64,000 nt of DNA from positions 496,001 to 560,000 of the forward strand of contig OZ237757.1 of the NCBI GenBank assembly GCA_965178125.1, given 5' to 3'. How positions within the stretch are numbered: position 1 is the first letter of the stretch; each line of letters begins with the position of its first letter. The position numbers and the translations under genes were made by a program. The notes under the pieces were generated by a model. That model had not been told where the DNA came from and searched no databases. It worked only from the letters and a program-made list of their open reading frames with translations. The stretch comes from Bilabrum cf. latius. Its lineage: Eukaryota. Shown here one piece after another: positions 10,630 to 23,500 of the stretch.

Positions 10630-13413
10630 ATGCTGCAAGCAGTTCAATCTGTACCAAAGGTAGTTGTCGATGAGCACGAAGAGGTTATCGGGAGGGCGTG
10701 CTACCTGCCATCACAGGCAGCTGTTTCACTTCAAGCAGAAGCAGGCACCGCTGTGCGAGGCCGCACCGGTGTCGCCAGGGGAGAATCGATCGTGCTTCAC
10801 GCAGTCAGCGTTTAGGTTGGTACAACCGTAATCTTGGATGATGCTGACATTCGTTTGAAGGCCGGCTCGAGGTATGGCCTGGTAGCCAAGAACGGTGAAG
10901 GAAAGTCCGTAGTTCTCAAGCTTCTGGCGACCGGTGCCATGCCGCATATTCAGGAGCATATCAACACGGTGTATGTTCAGCGAGAAGCGAGAGCATCTGA
11001 CCAGTCTTTGGTTGATTTTGTCATGCAAGGGGCGTGCCAGCTCCAGGCGTGGAGGCAGCACGTGGATCGCTTGGAGCGAGCCGTCGCTGATCTGGCTGGC
11101 GGGCAAAGCCCAGGAGGGACCAGCCCCGACGTCCAACTTGCAACCGACTCAAATTTACCTCCCGCGGAAATTGCACCCACGGCAGACAAGACAGACGGCA
11201 GCGCAGCACCCATGCCACCTGGATCTCCGTACGCCTTCACCTCCGTGGAGGAGGCAGTCGAGGCACTTGGGGAGGCCCAAACGAAACTGGAGGAAATGTA
11301 GGGACACTCTGCTCGAGCCCGGGCCCGGAACTGCCTCAGGCAGTGCGGATTTCCCGATGCCCAGCACAGCAGGACCACGCGGGAGCTCAGCGGCGGGTGG
11401 AGGATGCGGTGCTCCGTCGCCAGGGCACTGTTCGCAGAGCCAGACATCCTCTTCCTGGACGAAATCGAGACGTTTGCAGACTTGCCCACCCTTCTTTGGC
11501 TGCAAGGGTTCCTGCAGCAGGTCGGGCATGCCGCTGCTTCAGCTTCTGAGGAGGCGCCCGGCGCCGGTGCCGCTACTGGTGGAGCGGCCTCAGCTGGCAT
11601 GGCCGCGGATCTGCAGGCCACCACCGCCGTCATCGTGTCCCACAACCGAGCCTTCTTGGATGCAGTGACGACTGACACCATCCATCTCCACAGAAAAAAG
11701 CTGAGGCCGTGCCCAGGCTCCTACTCTGTATTCGTCAAGGCCAGGGAGGACCTCGCGACCAAAGAGGCGCACCTGTTTGAGAAGCAGGAGAAGAGGAGAG
11801 GCAAGCTGAAGCAGTCCGTGGAGAACGTGAAAAAGCAGGTCAAGCGAGCGGGAGACCACCGCATGAGTGCGGGCCAGGTTCGAAACCTCAAGAAGAAGCT
11901 GGAGCACTCGGGCGTTCAGAAGACGGCGGACGGGAAGCGGTGGAAGCTGAGCTACATGTGCGAGAGGCGAGAGGCCACCATCGAGCCGCCTGAGCCCAAG
12001 GTTCACTTTCAGATGCAATCGGCGGCTCCCATCAGCAAGGGAACAACCGTCATGCAGCTAGAGGGGGCCAGCTTCGCATACGGGACCAGGGTTGTAGGCT
12101 CATCAGAGGCTGCCTCAGCAAGCCCATCTGCGAGCGCAGATGCCAGCGATAGCCACCCCTGGGTCATCGAAGAAGCCACAGCGGCGGTCCGGGCGGGAGA
12201 CCGCATCGCGATCGTGGGTGCGAACGGCCACGGGAAATCGACCCTGGTTCGTCTGCTGCTAGGCGAGCTGAGCCCGCAGCGCGGGTCCCACGCGCGACTG
12301 GGGACTGCGCGAGTTAGGCACTTCGCGCAGCACTCGCTGGACGACCTTGACGGTAGCAAGACTGCCTTTGAGCATTTCATGGGGTCTATCGACGGCTCCG
12401 GGTTGAGCGACAGGGACGCCAGAGCGCAGCTGGGCAAGTTCGGCTTACGGGGTGAAGCTGCGGACAGGCCCATGGCCACGCTGTCTGGAGGACAGAGGTC
12501 GCGAGTGGCTCTGGCGGTGCTTTCGTTTGAGCCGTCTCACGTGCTGGTGCTTGATGAGCCCTTGCATTACCTCGACATTGACACGACGGAGGGTCTAGTG
12601 GATGCCCTGCAGAGCTACGACGGCACTGTGGTGCTGGTGAGCCACGACCTAAGCTTCCTGCAGGACGTGTGCCCGCAAGACGGACCCAGCACGCGCGTGT
12701 GGACGGTGAAAGACGGGCGGGTTATGGAGTCGACGACGCTTGAGACGTATCTTGGCTCTCTGGGGTCCTCGTTCAAGCAAGCCACTGGGTAGGCCGGGGC
12801 TGACGCCGTCGGCCTCGCCGGCGCTGCGGCTGGTTTGCTTACCCTGGAAGCAGCCAAGGAGCAGGCCAGCCCGTCTCCCGACGCTGTGGCTTCCGCTATT
12901 GCGGCAGAAACTAATTCCATCGATGCTGTTCGCGAGGCGAGCAGCAAGCCTGCAGTCGCAGCTGCCAGTGCTGAAGGCAGCGTGCGTGGCTCGGCTGGGG
13001 GGGCAAGCCTCGAGTGGGGCGGGCTCGGGCTTGAAGGGGCATTTGAGGACGGCAGTACGATCGAGACCGATGCAGTTAGTGGGGGCGATGCTGCTGCTAG
13101 TGCGCCTGGGATCCAGCGACTCGGGGGCGCCCCTCGTACGGCAGCTCCACTCCCAGACTCGAAATTGCCCAGTTCGAGGAAGGGTCCTGGTGCACCGCGA
13201 GCAGCCGATTCTGCAGACGCGAAGCTAGCAGACCCAGCGAGTGCAGCTGCAGCAGCACCCAAAGGACCGTGGGGCACCGCCGGTGCGGCAGTGGCTGTGG
13301 GGGGCAAGGATCGGGGTGGTGGCAGGGGCCGAGGAGGGCGCAAGGTGCCCAAGAGGATGCGGGCGAAAGCAAGAACTGCTGGGAAGGCTGGGGGTAGTCC
13401 TGAGTGGAGGTGA
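10630..13413 (+). CDS. ABC-F family ATPase (two NBDs, no TM domain), ~927 aa
   Basis: NBD1: RYGLVAKNGEGKS / LSGGWRMR / ILFLDE / VIVSHNRAFLD. NBD2: GANGHGKST / LSGGQRSR / LVLDEP / VLVSHD. One frame runs through TAGs at 10813, 11299 and 12790 to TGA 13411-13413. The TAG at 11299 lies between Walker A and the signature motif of NBD1. Confidence 0.9.
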
Positions 13414-13569
13414 AGGTGAAATTAAGGTGCCAATGAATCATCTTTTGGCGCCAAGCAAAGCCATGCAGAGCTCTTTAATGCTCTAGGAGCAATCGCAATA
13501 GCTAGCTTGGATTCCACCATAGACTACCATGCCCTAAAACACGCCTCGAAAACCACGCGAGAAAGGCAA

Positions 13570-14276
13570 TCACTGACTGGCAATCAGGCAGGTAATACCA
13601 GCATTCTCAAGAGCCAAATGACCATCGCCTGAGTTGTACGCCCAATATGACAGCCAACCTTGAAGGCCATTCCTGCGCAGCGATCCTGGCACACCGAAGC
13701 TGCGCGTCGCAGCCTTGCATTCCACAAGCTGGAACCCGCCGGCTTCATTATTCGCAGCCATGCACAGGGATAAATCAAGCTGAGACCGGATCCGAAAGTC
13801 GTAGTTGCCCGAGTCTTTCTGCAGCCTGGTCGCGTTGGCACAACGGTGCTGAACATGCGTAGGTGCCTTGGTGTCGCAGGAAGCAATCGACACATTCATT
13901 CCCGCCGCTGGTTTGCAATCTGATCCAGTCATTACAATAGAAAGACACATCCCGATCGCTTCATCGTAGACCTGATCTGGTGCAATCGTTGGGTTGTCGA
14001 AGGACCATGAGGTAGCGTGCCCTCCCATACAGGGTCCCAATGAAAGACTAGCTCCAATTGTGTACTAAACAAGTAGCATACCTGCAATGTTAGACTATAG
14101 TGGTGATGGAACGTGTTGAAGGCACATGGAAGGATGATACATTACAGTTCGAACAGATATGTTTCCGTGCTGGCACCGGCTGTTCTGCTTCGAATTCGCT
14201 AGATGCTGGTAATCCAGGTTGTAAAACAATACAAATAACTCTCACAAAGGCTTGCCAATACGCCAAAAGATAGCAT
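13570..14276 (-). CDS. Small secreted ricin-B-lectin-like protein, ~180 aa (exons 14276-14246, 14081-13570)
   Basis: Signal-like MLSFGVLASLC|MLLV*YTIGA spans a GTGAG..CTAAC..GCAG intron. Ricin-like Cys spacing (GMCLSI...VSIASC; IRSQLDLSLCM...QLVEC). Confidence 0.65.
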
Positions 14277-14342
14277 GATGGCTCTTTCTTGCGTTGAGTC
14301 CCAAAGTGCAACTATGTCCTGGTCCGATCTTTCTGGCATTCA

Positions 14343-17240
14343 TCACACAGCCTGCTGAGCGCCGTGAGCTGCAGCAGTGCCACTCGGTCTTGGCAAGAGA
14401 GCACCCACAGCCATCTTTGGGCCGGTTGGAGGCTTATTCTGCCCCTAGCTAGCCCTCTCTCTTGTTGTCACCCCTGCCTTTGGTCTTGCCGCACCTCCTT
14501 GCCGGCCACTCTCACGGGCAGGAGAAGCACCACCCCCACCGCGGCCTGCCCCACGCCACAGCAGCCTTTTCCAGCCCGGCTGCTGCCTGCCGAGCCGAAG
14601 ATCAGCCGCTCGCTCCATGTCGTTATCCCGGTAGTACACGGCAGCGAAGTACAGCCCGGCCACCGCCGCCGCGAACGCAAGCGAGCAAGCCAGTGACACC
14701 CAGGCCAGTGCAGACGACCGGGCGTCGGAGAAGTCGTTGGAGTCGATGGGGGCTGGAACGGGGCTGCTTGAGGGAACAGGAGAGGCAGTCGGCGTGACCT
14801 GTGGCCACCACGGTTCCCAGCCGCGCATGTCGGCCTCAATCGGAACCAGGCCCCGGGGCATCCCAGGGCACATGACGTCGGGCAGCTACCAGAATGGGGG
14901 CAGGTCCCGCCACGCCTCGATAGTCGCTGCAAGCTCGTCCACAGAACACACCCTTCTCAACGCCACCTCATCAATGGAGTCGGTGGAGCCCCCCTTGGGG
15001 CACACGAACGGCACATTGGCCTCTCCCACGGGCAGGCCCGTCTGCGCATCACGGATTCCACCCTCCAACGTGATGTCCAAGATGCTGGGCACCTCATATG
15101 TCCCCCTCCTCAAGCGAATGCCGCTGTATGGCGCGTTGCTGTTCCTTCTCTCCTTCACGGCCCTGTCTTCTGCGTATGCACCGCAAGTAAGCACAGTGGC
15201 GCCACCTGCCGGCAGGCCCGGCTGGAAGCCCCTAGCCCCGTGCTGCCCAGCGAACTGGTTCGTTGCAGATGCGATGTATCCTGCCTCGCGCACCTAGAGC
15301 CAGCCGTCCAGCGGGAGCTAGTTTGAAGGAGAGGGAGATGGGGATGGTGTGGCAGCTGGTGAGACGGAGGCCTGCACACGGCGGGCACTGCCATCATCCG
15401 AGTGTGTAGGCCGGTGCACAGGCTGCCATAGATTCTGAACCTACCCTCCGCGAGACATACCGGGAACGTTCCAGCGCACCAAACCGGGGTGCTGCAAGAT
15501 GCGCCTTGCCGCATCACCACCGTCCCGGCCGTCTCCAGACGCATGCATCGCGCGAGCAAGCCCCTGACCTTGCCCCACCCCACTGGAGCCATGGCCTGCT
15601 GCAGCGTCCTTCGCCCGCATCGTGCCGACGCTCCAGCCAGGAGGCTTGCTTGCTGCGTTTGGATCTGGCCCAGTAGCATTCGCGGCTCTGGTTCGGTTGA
15701 ATGCAGCCGAGTATGACACCTCCATGTAGCTCGATACGAGCCTGGAAGCGAGCGGAGTGCCGCCCGCCAAGTCGTTGAAGCGCGGTGGCAGCACGCACCT
15801 CCCATAGTCTCGCGCGCTTGTCGTCCGACCGAGCTGCATGCGCGCGGGAAACACTGACAGAAAGTACACGGACACGTTAGCGTCAACAAAGGCCATGGCA
15901 CATGCCGCCTGCTCCTCGTTGATCTGGCCCAGTGCATGCCACCTGCCTCGGTAGGGCCTCGGTGCCTCGTTCCGTGGCGATGTCTCAACGGTGTAGTTGG
16001 ATGGTGGGGGCGGTGGGAGCGGGGCCGCCAGCGGGTCTGGCCCGGTGCATCGGACTGCAGGGACTCCGGGGCCTGGGCTGCTCCCCGGGAGCCGGTACGG
16101 CCCCACTCGAACCACGTACTCCGCTGGATTTTGCACCGACAGGCCGCAAGGAGCGATGGAATCACCGCCACCTGCGGATCCTGGCCTGGTATAGAGGGGT
16201 GAGACTGCCTGCATGTAGGTATTCCCGTCACCGACCTCTGCTGCCAGGGCCTGGAGGCAGATGGAATCGAGCTTGTACGACCGAGGGGGCTGCCCGAACC
16301 CCTGCAGCTGATTCACTGTGCCAGCTGCGGTCAGGCTCTGCAGCTGCTACCCGAGGCGGGTATAGCTCCGCAGCGGGAAGGATGGCAGGCCCACTTGGAC
16401 ACCGAATGGAGGATCCGTGTGGCCGATGTCGTAGGTCGTGTAGCTGGAAGGCACCACGTCCCCGGATGGACTCTGCCGAGACACAGAGCTGTACCAAACC
16501 ATGCCCGTCTCGTTAATCATCATATGGTCACAGGTGATTTCTCCGCCCCCTTCCGCTGTGCCGTTCTGCCACCACCACTCTCCCCTAAGCTGTGGGGGTA
16601 TGCCAGGGGCAGGGGATGGGGAGGGTGCTACGGGCGGGGCCAGAGGATCCCTGGACGAGCAGCGCGGGCTGTCAGGCAAAGAGCCAACGTATGGATCCTC
16701 CGGATGCCGATAATCGCCCACCTTGATCAACGGGATGAGGGCGTCGGAAGTCGTCGGGCAGGCCGCGCCGCCGATGCGCGTGACAGCGTCTGGAGCAACA
16801 GAGAATAGCACAGTGCTGTTCTCGCTCTGAAATTGAGCAAAGTACTGGCACACGCCCCGCTGAGTTACGAAATCCAGCTACTGTGGAGGAGATGCGCGCC
16901 AGGCTTGGTATCGAAATGGCTGCGAGTCAACCTCGTATCCAGACAGCGGCCCGAGGCCTGGGATCGACGTGGTCGAGGACACGGACTCAAACCCGAGCGA
17001 CTGCCTGTATCTATCTGAAGCTGGCAATGTCGGCGCCAATGCGAACAAATCGGCCTCATATATCATAAAATGCGTTTCGTTGACAATGGCGTGAGTGCAC
17101 CGAGCGGTCGTCGACGTAAACGAAGCATTGAATCCGACGTATTCACCGCGGTAGGAACTGGGAAGTTCGGCTCGCGACGGCAAAATACAACCAATACAAG
17201 CTAATATTACCTAGCAGACTGAGCCGAGCATTAATCCCAT
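14343..17240 (-). CDS. Type I membrane protein with 3-4 repeated extracellular modules, ~965 aa
   Basis: Five listed ORFs share one frame and are joined via eight TAGs. N-terminal signal peptide, Pro/Ser linkers, and TM segment ALAWVSLACSLAFAAAVAGLYFAAVYY. Ends at TGA 14343-14345. Confidence 0.8.
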
Positions 17241-17534
17241 AATGGAGGGTTGCTTCATACGAGTCCCAATCACGTTTCCACGAAATGTCCGCATCTCTGT
17301 TATGGTCCCTGCACAATCTTGTTCAGAGCGGCAACCGCGTCAACTTAAAACGTGTATCACAGATTGTGAAAGAAGTACATCTCGGGCAACCGCAAATGCA
17401 GCGGTGTCATGGTCGCTGGGGTTTCGTGCGACCAGCGCCGGTGGTTCCGTTTTCTAGTGTTGCCGCGCACCGGCCGACCGACCGACTTTATTGAGACGCT
17501 CCATTTTTTCCGTGACTCTTGAAATCTCGGCGTC

Positions 17535-20500
17535 ATGAGCAGTGAACGCAGTCGAATTGGGGTGACAGTTGCCGCGACGCTAGGCCCGGCGATCCCTGCA
17601 AGCCTGATTCCAAGCATCGGATCGCGGCAGCTATCCTGCTCAAGAGCGGGTGATTCAGATCAGGATAGCACGGTCAGGCCAAATGTGTCGATGCGTACTT
17701 CATCTCGTTTGTACCCTGGGTAGTTTGCAGCCTGGGTTGGACCGACCGGTGGCCTGATGCCCAAAGGCTCGATCGATCCTTCGGACGGGTCGATCGGAGA
17801 CGATGCAGATGCCTGGCTCGATGCAATCCGCCCTATTCGGTGCACCCCGGCTGTGCTCATCAATGAGCTTGGAGTAAGCAGCTCCCTCGTTGACGGGTTG
17901 GATTGGTCCTAGGCGTACGGCGGAACCTCACCAGATTCGGTCCACTCTCTTGGCCCAGTTTCAAGGGACCACGGTGGTGCAGACACGACTGGAGCCCACA
18001 TCGACCGTTTCGTACCTGGTGAAGATGACCAATCGGCCCTAGGCGCCGCGGATCGGGCCGCCCGTGCTCGCCTTTCGAAAGTTGCTTCCACGGAGGCCCG
18101 TCTGCTCTCGAGACAGGCGGGCATCGGCCTGCTTGGCGCGTGGGCCAGGGACACGGACGCGCTGCGTGCCGCCACGAGGTACGGCCTCGGACTAGTTGCC
18201 ATGCTGTACGCCTACCGAGGCCTGGATCAGTCCCTGCCGCAGCCGGGCTCGCACACACGGACAGACAGCGCCGGCGCGGAAGGCGGCGCTGGCTCGTCGG
18301 GCATTGGAGCAGGCGCACAGGGGGCGGCGCAAGCCGCGCGGGAGGCGCATCGAGCCATCGTGCGCGTGCTAGGACCCCGCGTGAGGCAGCTGGTTGCGCT
18401 GTTCCGGTTTAAGGACCGGGCCTGCGCCCTCCTGCGGGGCCTCCTCCCCAGGGTAACCCTGCTTCGGCCGGCGGGGTCCAGGCCGGGATCGGACGCGCCT
18501 CCCGCCCCCCTCAGTCTGTACGCGGCACTTGCGGGGCTCATTGACGTCCTCGCGCAGCTGGATAGCCTGAAAGACTCGAAAGCTGCCGCCAAGAACGAGC
18601 TTGCGCAGTTCGGGAGGTCGGTGCAGGCGCTGGGGGAGGCAGCAGCGGAGAGAGAGGTGTCGGCAGGGCTTGTAGCGCTGGCGGGGAGGGTCAGGGGGGC
18701 CGAAGGGGGCACCCCTGTGGCGGGTGGTAGCGATAGGGGGGCGGGTGCTGGAGCGGCTGGGGAACAGCAGCGGTGCTGGTGGCTGAGGGGCACCACGGGG
18801 CTTGACCCATCGGGTGATGCGCCCAGCCGATGGCCGGCCTTCTGGCGGGCCGAGTCAGGCGTCCCCTCGCCCAGGGCAGACTCCTGTCCACTTGTTCCCT
18901 CGAGGCACACCCTTTTGCTGTGCAAGATGTTTCTGGGGACGCCGCGAGCCTTTCACCAGGCTTTGGTGGAGGACGTGATATGCGCACAGGTGGTCAAACC
19001 GGGGGAGAAGCCGGGCAGTGGTGCCGGTGGGAGAGGCACAGCCGCGGCGATGGCGGCGGCGATGGCCGCCAGCTCTGGTGAAGGGGGTGGATCATGGCAG
19101 GCTGGATTCGGTTGCACTGAGCTGGGCGAGAGGCTTCGGGCCCTGGGGCCCGCGGGCACTCGGCAGGTGTACGTCAGTGCGCTGCACTCCGTGGTAGGGC
19201 ACTGCGCTGTGCTGCAGGCGCACGCCTTGCCGGTAGGACCACTCCGTGGGGCAGCCGCTCAGGCCGCCGTGCGGGCAGGCACCCAGGCCGTGCGCGCGGC
19301 ATGCGGAGCCTCCTTTGCCACTGGTCAGGACCTGAGTGCCATTGACAGGGCAGAGATGGAGAAGGACACAAAGAGGCAGAGGGAGGAAGCAGAGGACGCC
19401 CGGGAGGAGTAGAAGCGGCTGCAAGCGAGCGGAGCGTCGTCGGCCGCCGGGTCCAGCGCCGGGGCATTCACCACCGCGGAGAAGAGGGCACGAGCAGCGC
19501 CGCGCATCGCACGAGACATGCAGCAGAAGCGCAGGGGGCCGCCTCCGCCACCGGGTGCAGCAGACGTGACCACTGCCGCGGTGGAGGAGCGCCTGCCCGG
19601 GCTGGCTGTGCCGACGGGCGACGCTCTCGTGCTGCTGCAGGGCACTCTAGGGGCGGACGCTGCGGGCTGGGGGCTGGTGGACCTGGGCGTCAGCCGGCGG
19701 GCAGTGATGGTGGGCAGTCTGGGTCTATCGGGTGCAGCGAACGACAGTGCTGAGCGGGCCGCTGCGCTGGTGCGGACATCGACGCTGCTTCCTCCCTCGT
19801 AGCGCGTTCCCTCCGGCACGTCTATGGCTATTCCCGAGGGCGCGCTTGGGGCGCACAGCGCTGCAGCCAGCGTGCCGGGCGCGCCATCGGCCTCCCAGCG
19901 CGGCGAAGAGTCGTAGACTACCGCGGGCAAGAAGCGCACGTTTGGACCATTGAGCACCACCGGCGGTCCCATGCATCCCATGGCTCGCTTCGGACTGGCC
20001 AGAGCCATCGCCCAATCGGCAGTGGCGCTCGACCCGCCCGAGGGCAGCGCGGGAGGCTCTGCTCCTGCACTGCAGTCGCAGCTTGCATCAGGGTCGTCCT
20101 TCCTAGGGCTGGAGGCATGCGCCGCCATGAGGCTGTGTCCCGTGTGTCCCGTGCTGGGTGACAGTGCCATGGACCTGGGACGCTTCATCGCCAAGCGGCT
20201 GCCCCGTGGAACGGATACCAAGCCGGTGGTGGCTGCAGCCCTCGGTGGAGACAGGTCAAGGAGAGCGGGCATGGCGGCCACGACGATCCTGGCACGCAGA
20301 GATGCGCTGCTGGCCCTCGCACAGGACGCGAGTGCGCAGCTAGACGCGTCCCTCGCTGCTGTAGGCACCTTCGGTCTGGCCCCAATCCCGGGTGGTGGTA
20401 CCTGGAAGGACGCAGCTGGCGCATCATCAAGCAGGACGCCAGGCAGCGGGTCGGCGGCTGCTTCATCGCCTGCATCCGGGCTGGCTGAAGAGAGGCTAGA

Positions 20501-23500
20501 TGACGCGCACGCCGCAGTGGTCGGAATGGGCCACGTGCTGGCCACGCTGCTCGAAAGTGTGGCGGCGCACTGGGCTGTTAAACTGGCGCATCCCGTGCCG
20601 GCTTCCGCCGTGGGTGGGGGAGGTTCGGTTGCGCTGCACTACGGCGCGTATGACAGGCAGGTGCGACTGAACCATTCCAGAGCGGAGCTTCTTGGCCTTC
20701 TTGAGGTGTTGCTGGTGGCCCGGCGCTGTGAGGCGGCCCTGAGGGGCGCTGTGCCTGTGCTCGGCCATTCGATCCGGGCACGCGGGCACGCATGGACGCA
20801 GAGGCTGGTGCACGGCTTCCTGTCGGAGCAAATGGCAAAATCAGCAGACAAGGGCGCAGACGGTATCAGAACGGCTCTGGATCGCGCCAGGGCAGCCGTG
20901 GGCGACTGGGGCGTGCCGAGCCCCGTGCCTGCCTCCTTCCCTGCCCTGGTGCGGGCGGCCGAGTCTGCTGCTTTGGCTAGCCGACCGGACGGTGCTGGCC
21001 AGGCCGTGGACGCGGGCGTGCTCAAGGAGTCCATCAAGAAAGGGGACCCAAACAGAGGGACGGCTGGTGCACCGCACCTCGCAGCAATGGTGCAGTCCGT
21101 GGATGCAAGCGGTAAGGGCGGGGCGGCGAGGACAGGGGCTGGGGCCGGTGGCACCAGCTCGGGGCAGATGGCCATGATGTCGCAGAGTGCTGCCACCCGC
21201 AGGGCGGAGAGCTGGAAGGAGTGGCAATCGGGCGGGTCGTACGACCGGGCGAAACGGCCTCGGTCTGATGCAGCCGAACCGCCCACGCTCACGGACGGGA
21301 CCGGTGGCGGTATCAGCGGCAGCGGTGCCGGATCAAGTGCGGGCAGTCTGGCCGGCTCCCAGGTGGGCGGGCTGTCGGCTGGTCGATGGAGCGCTCTCGA
21401 GCTGGCCCTGACTGCGCTGGGTCACCCCAAGGGGACCCATGTGGCAAGCAAAGGCTTTTTCACCGGGAGGGTTCTGATCGAAGACAAGGCGCAGATGATC
21501 AGGAGGGCGGCACTGGCTGCAGGTGAGTGCGGGTGGCTGGAGAGCATCCTCGACGGGGCCGAGGTTGCATCGCACTGCAGCATCTTTGGGGGTAACGGCG
21601 GCGTGCCGGTCCATGGTGAGTCGGGGGGCTGGGCACTCGTCAGTGGAGCCTGCCTATTGGTTGCCTTTGGTCAGTTGTGGCTGCGGGAAATGGCGCTGGA
21701 CCGGCCTGAGTCGGTGCAGGTGCCCATCGAGGCCTCTTTGCCCTTCCTTGCCATTAGAGCCGCGAGTCAGTCCACCGGGATACCAGATGCGCCAGCAAGT
21801 GCTGTGCAGGCGTTTGCTTGTTTGTATGATGCCGCGGGTCTGGTGGCATCGGATGGACTGCGGCTGGGGTACCTGTACGAGGAGGCAGAAAGTGAGGCAT
21901 TCCTGGCATTCGATCGGATGCGGTTCGACATGGCCAGACGGCTGTACGCGGCGAGCAGGCACGTCTCAGCCATCGATAGTGGCATGGACGAACCCGGCAA
22001 GAGGCTGCTGCGGGTGATGCTCGGAGCGGGGGTGGCGGCCGGGCTCCAGTCCAGGGGTGGTGACTTGTCCGAGGCAGCTGCCACGGAGGCTGCAAGCAAG
22101 GCCATTGATGGCGGTGAGGGCTTGAGCGGGTCGTCGGGTGCGGCTGCTGGAGCAGGGACCGGCGGCGGTCCCCTGGCCCTTGCCTTTGCTGGAGGAAGCG
22201 GTGGCGAGCTGGACGACAGGCCGCCCGTGGGCCTCGAGGGGACAGCTGCGCTAGCAGGGGCAACTGCCACTGCAACGATTGGCACGCTTGCTGCCGCCCG
22301 CCGAATCGTGGCTCAGAGATGGAGGGAGGCCCTGGGTCCCCATGCGCGGTTCACGGTGCTAGGCAGGACCATCCAGTTCGGTCCCTCGGTGGCCGGGGTG
22401 TGCGAGGGCCTCATTCGGCAGGACCTCCGGCTTGTGTTGGAGGCTCTGGAAGCAGGCACTGCCGAATCTGTGCTAGAGTACGAGAGGGCTATACGTGTCA
22501 TCAGGAGGACGCACGCACTGCTTGAGGAGCGGGGCGCATTGGTGCTACCGCAGTTCGACTCCATGCTCAGCGCAGAAGAAGGCACATGCATGAGGCAGGA
22601 CGGCAGGATTGGTGACGCGGGGCACGTGGGTCGAGGGGCCAGACGAAAGGCGGCAGGAAGGGTCGCCCGCCACATGGTGCGGATCCTGACTCTGGACGTG
22701 CTACCAAACTACGTGCTGGGGGCAGGAGAGAAGACCCTGTCCTACGATGGGCAGTACGTCCTGACCGAGAGAAGGATGGCCACGAGGCGCCGCGTGGTTG
22801 CGTCCGGTAGTGAGGGCAAGGAACAGGGGCTGCCGCCGGATGTGACTCGCATGGCGTCAGATGCATCAGACACCGGGGCTGCCTCTGGAGCTGGGCACAG
22901 GGGACGCGCCACTAATCGCACCCTCGCAAACCTTGACGAGGTGCTCGGCGGTGGTGTGCTGCAGGCAGCTCTTGATAGCGAGACAGGAGCACCGCAGTCG
23001 GATCAGGACGGCAATGGAGCGACCAATGCCAGTAGTACGCAGATGGCAGCCAGCTTGCAGATCACAGCAGAAGAAGCGCAGCTCAGGCGCAGGCTTGCCG
23101 CCAGGCACGCCAAGCACCTCGGAGCCGTCGGCGTGTGGGGGTTCCTTGACATCAACGGGCTGGACTTAGGAGACGGCGTCTTGCCCCAGGGTGGCGCCGT
23201 GGGGTCTGGTTCCGCAGACGCGCAGCTGGTTCCGCTGCGAAGTCTCGCAATTCCGCCGTCCGAGCTGCTGGCGCGCGCGGCTGCTGCCGGACGAGCGCAC
23301 TTGTCGCCCACGCACGTCTTGGCCGCCGCCCGCTCTCTCGGCCGGGTGGGTCTGGTTTCCGTGGTGGAGGGTATCACCAGGTGGGTGTGCAAGGACTTGA
23401 TTCGGAGGAGACTTGCGGCCGTCTTGCCCGAGCTGATGGCTGCTTTGCCTCCGTTGCTTCCACCACCTCGAAAGTATCGCGCGCCTGCCTGCCTTCTGCT

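Noticed and set aside
17241-17534. Short hairpin (ggtcgc...gcgacc) as a possible tRNA or ncRNA, such as a suppressor tRNA
   Set aside because: No cloverleaf or convincing A/B boxes. No tRNA, rRNA or CRISPR array was recognised anywhere in the window.
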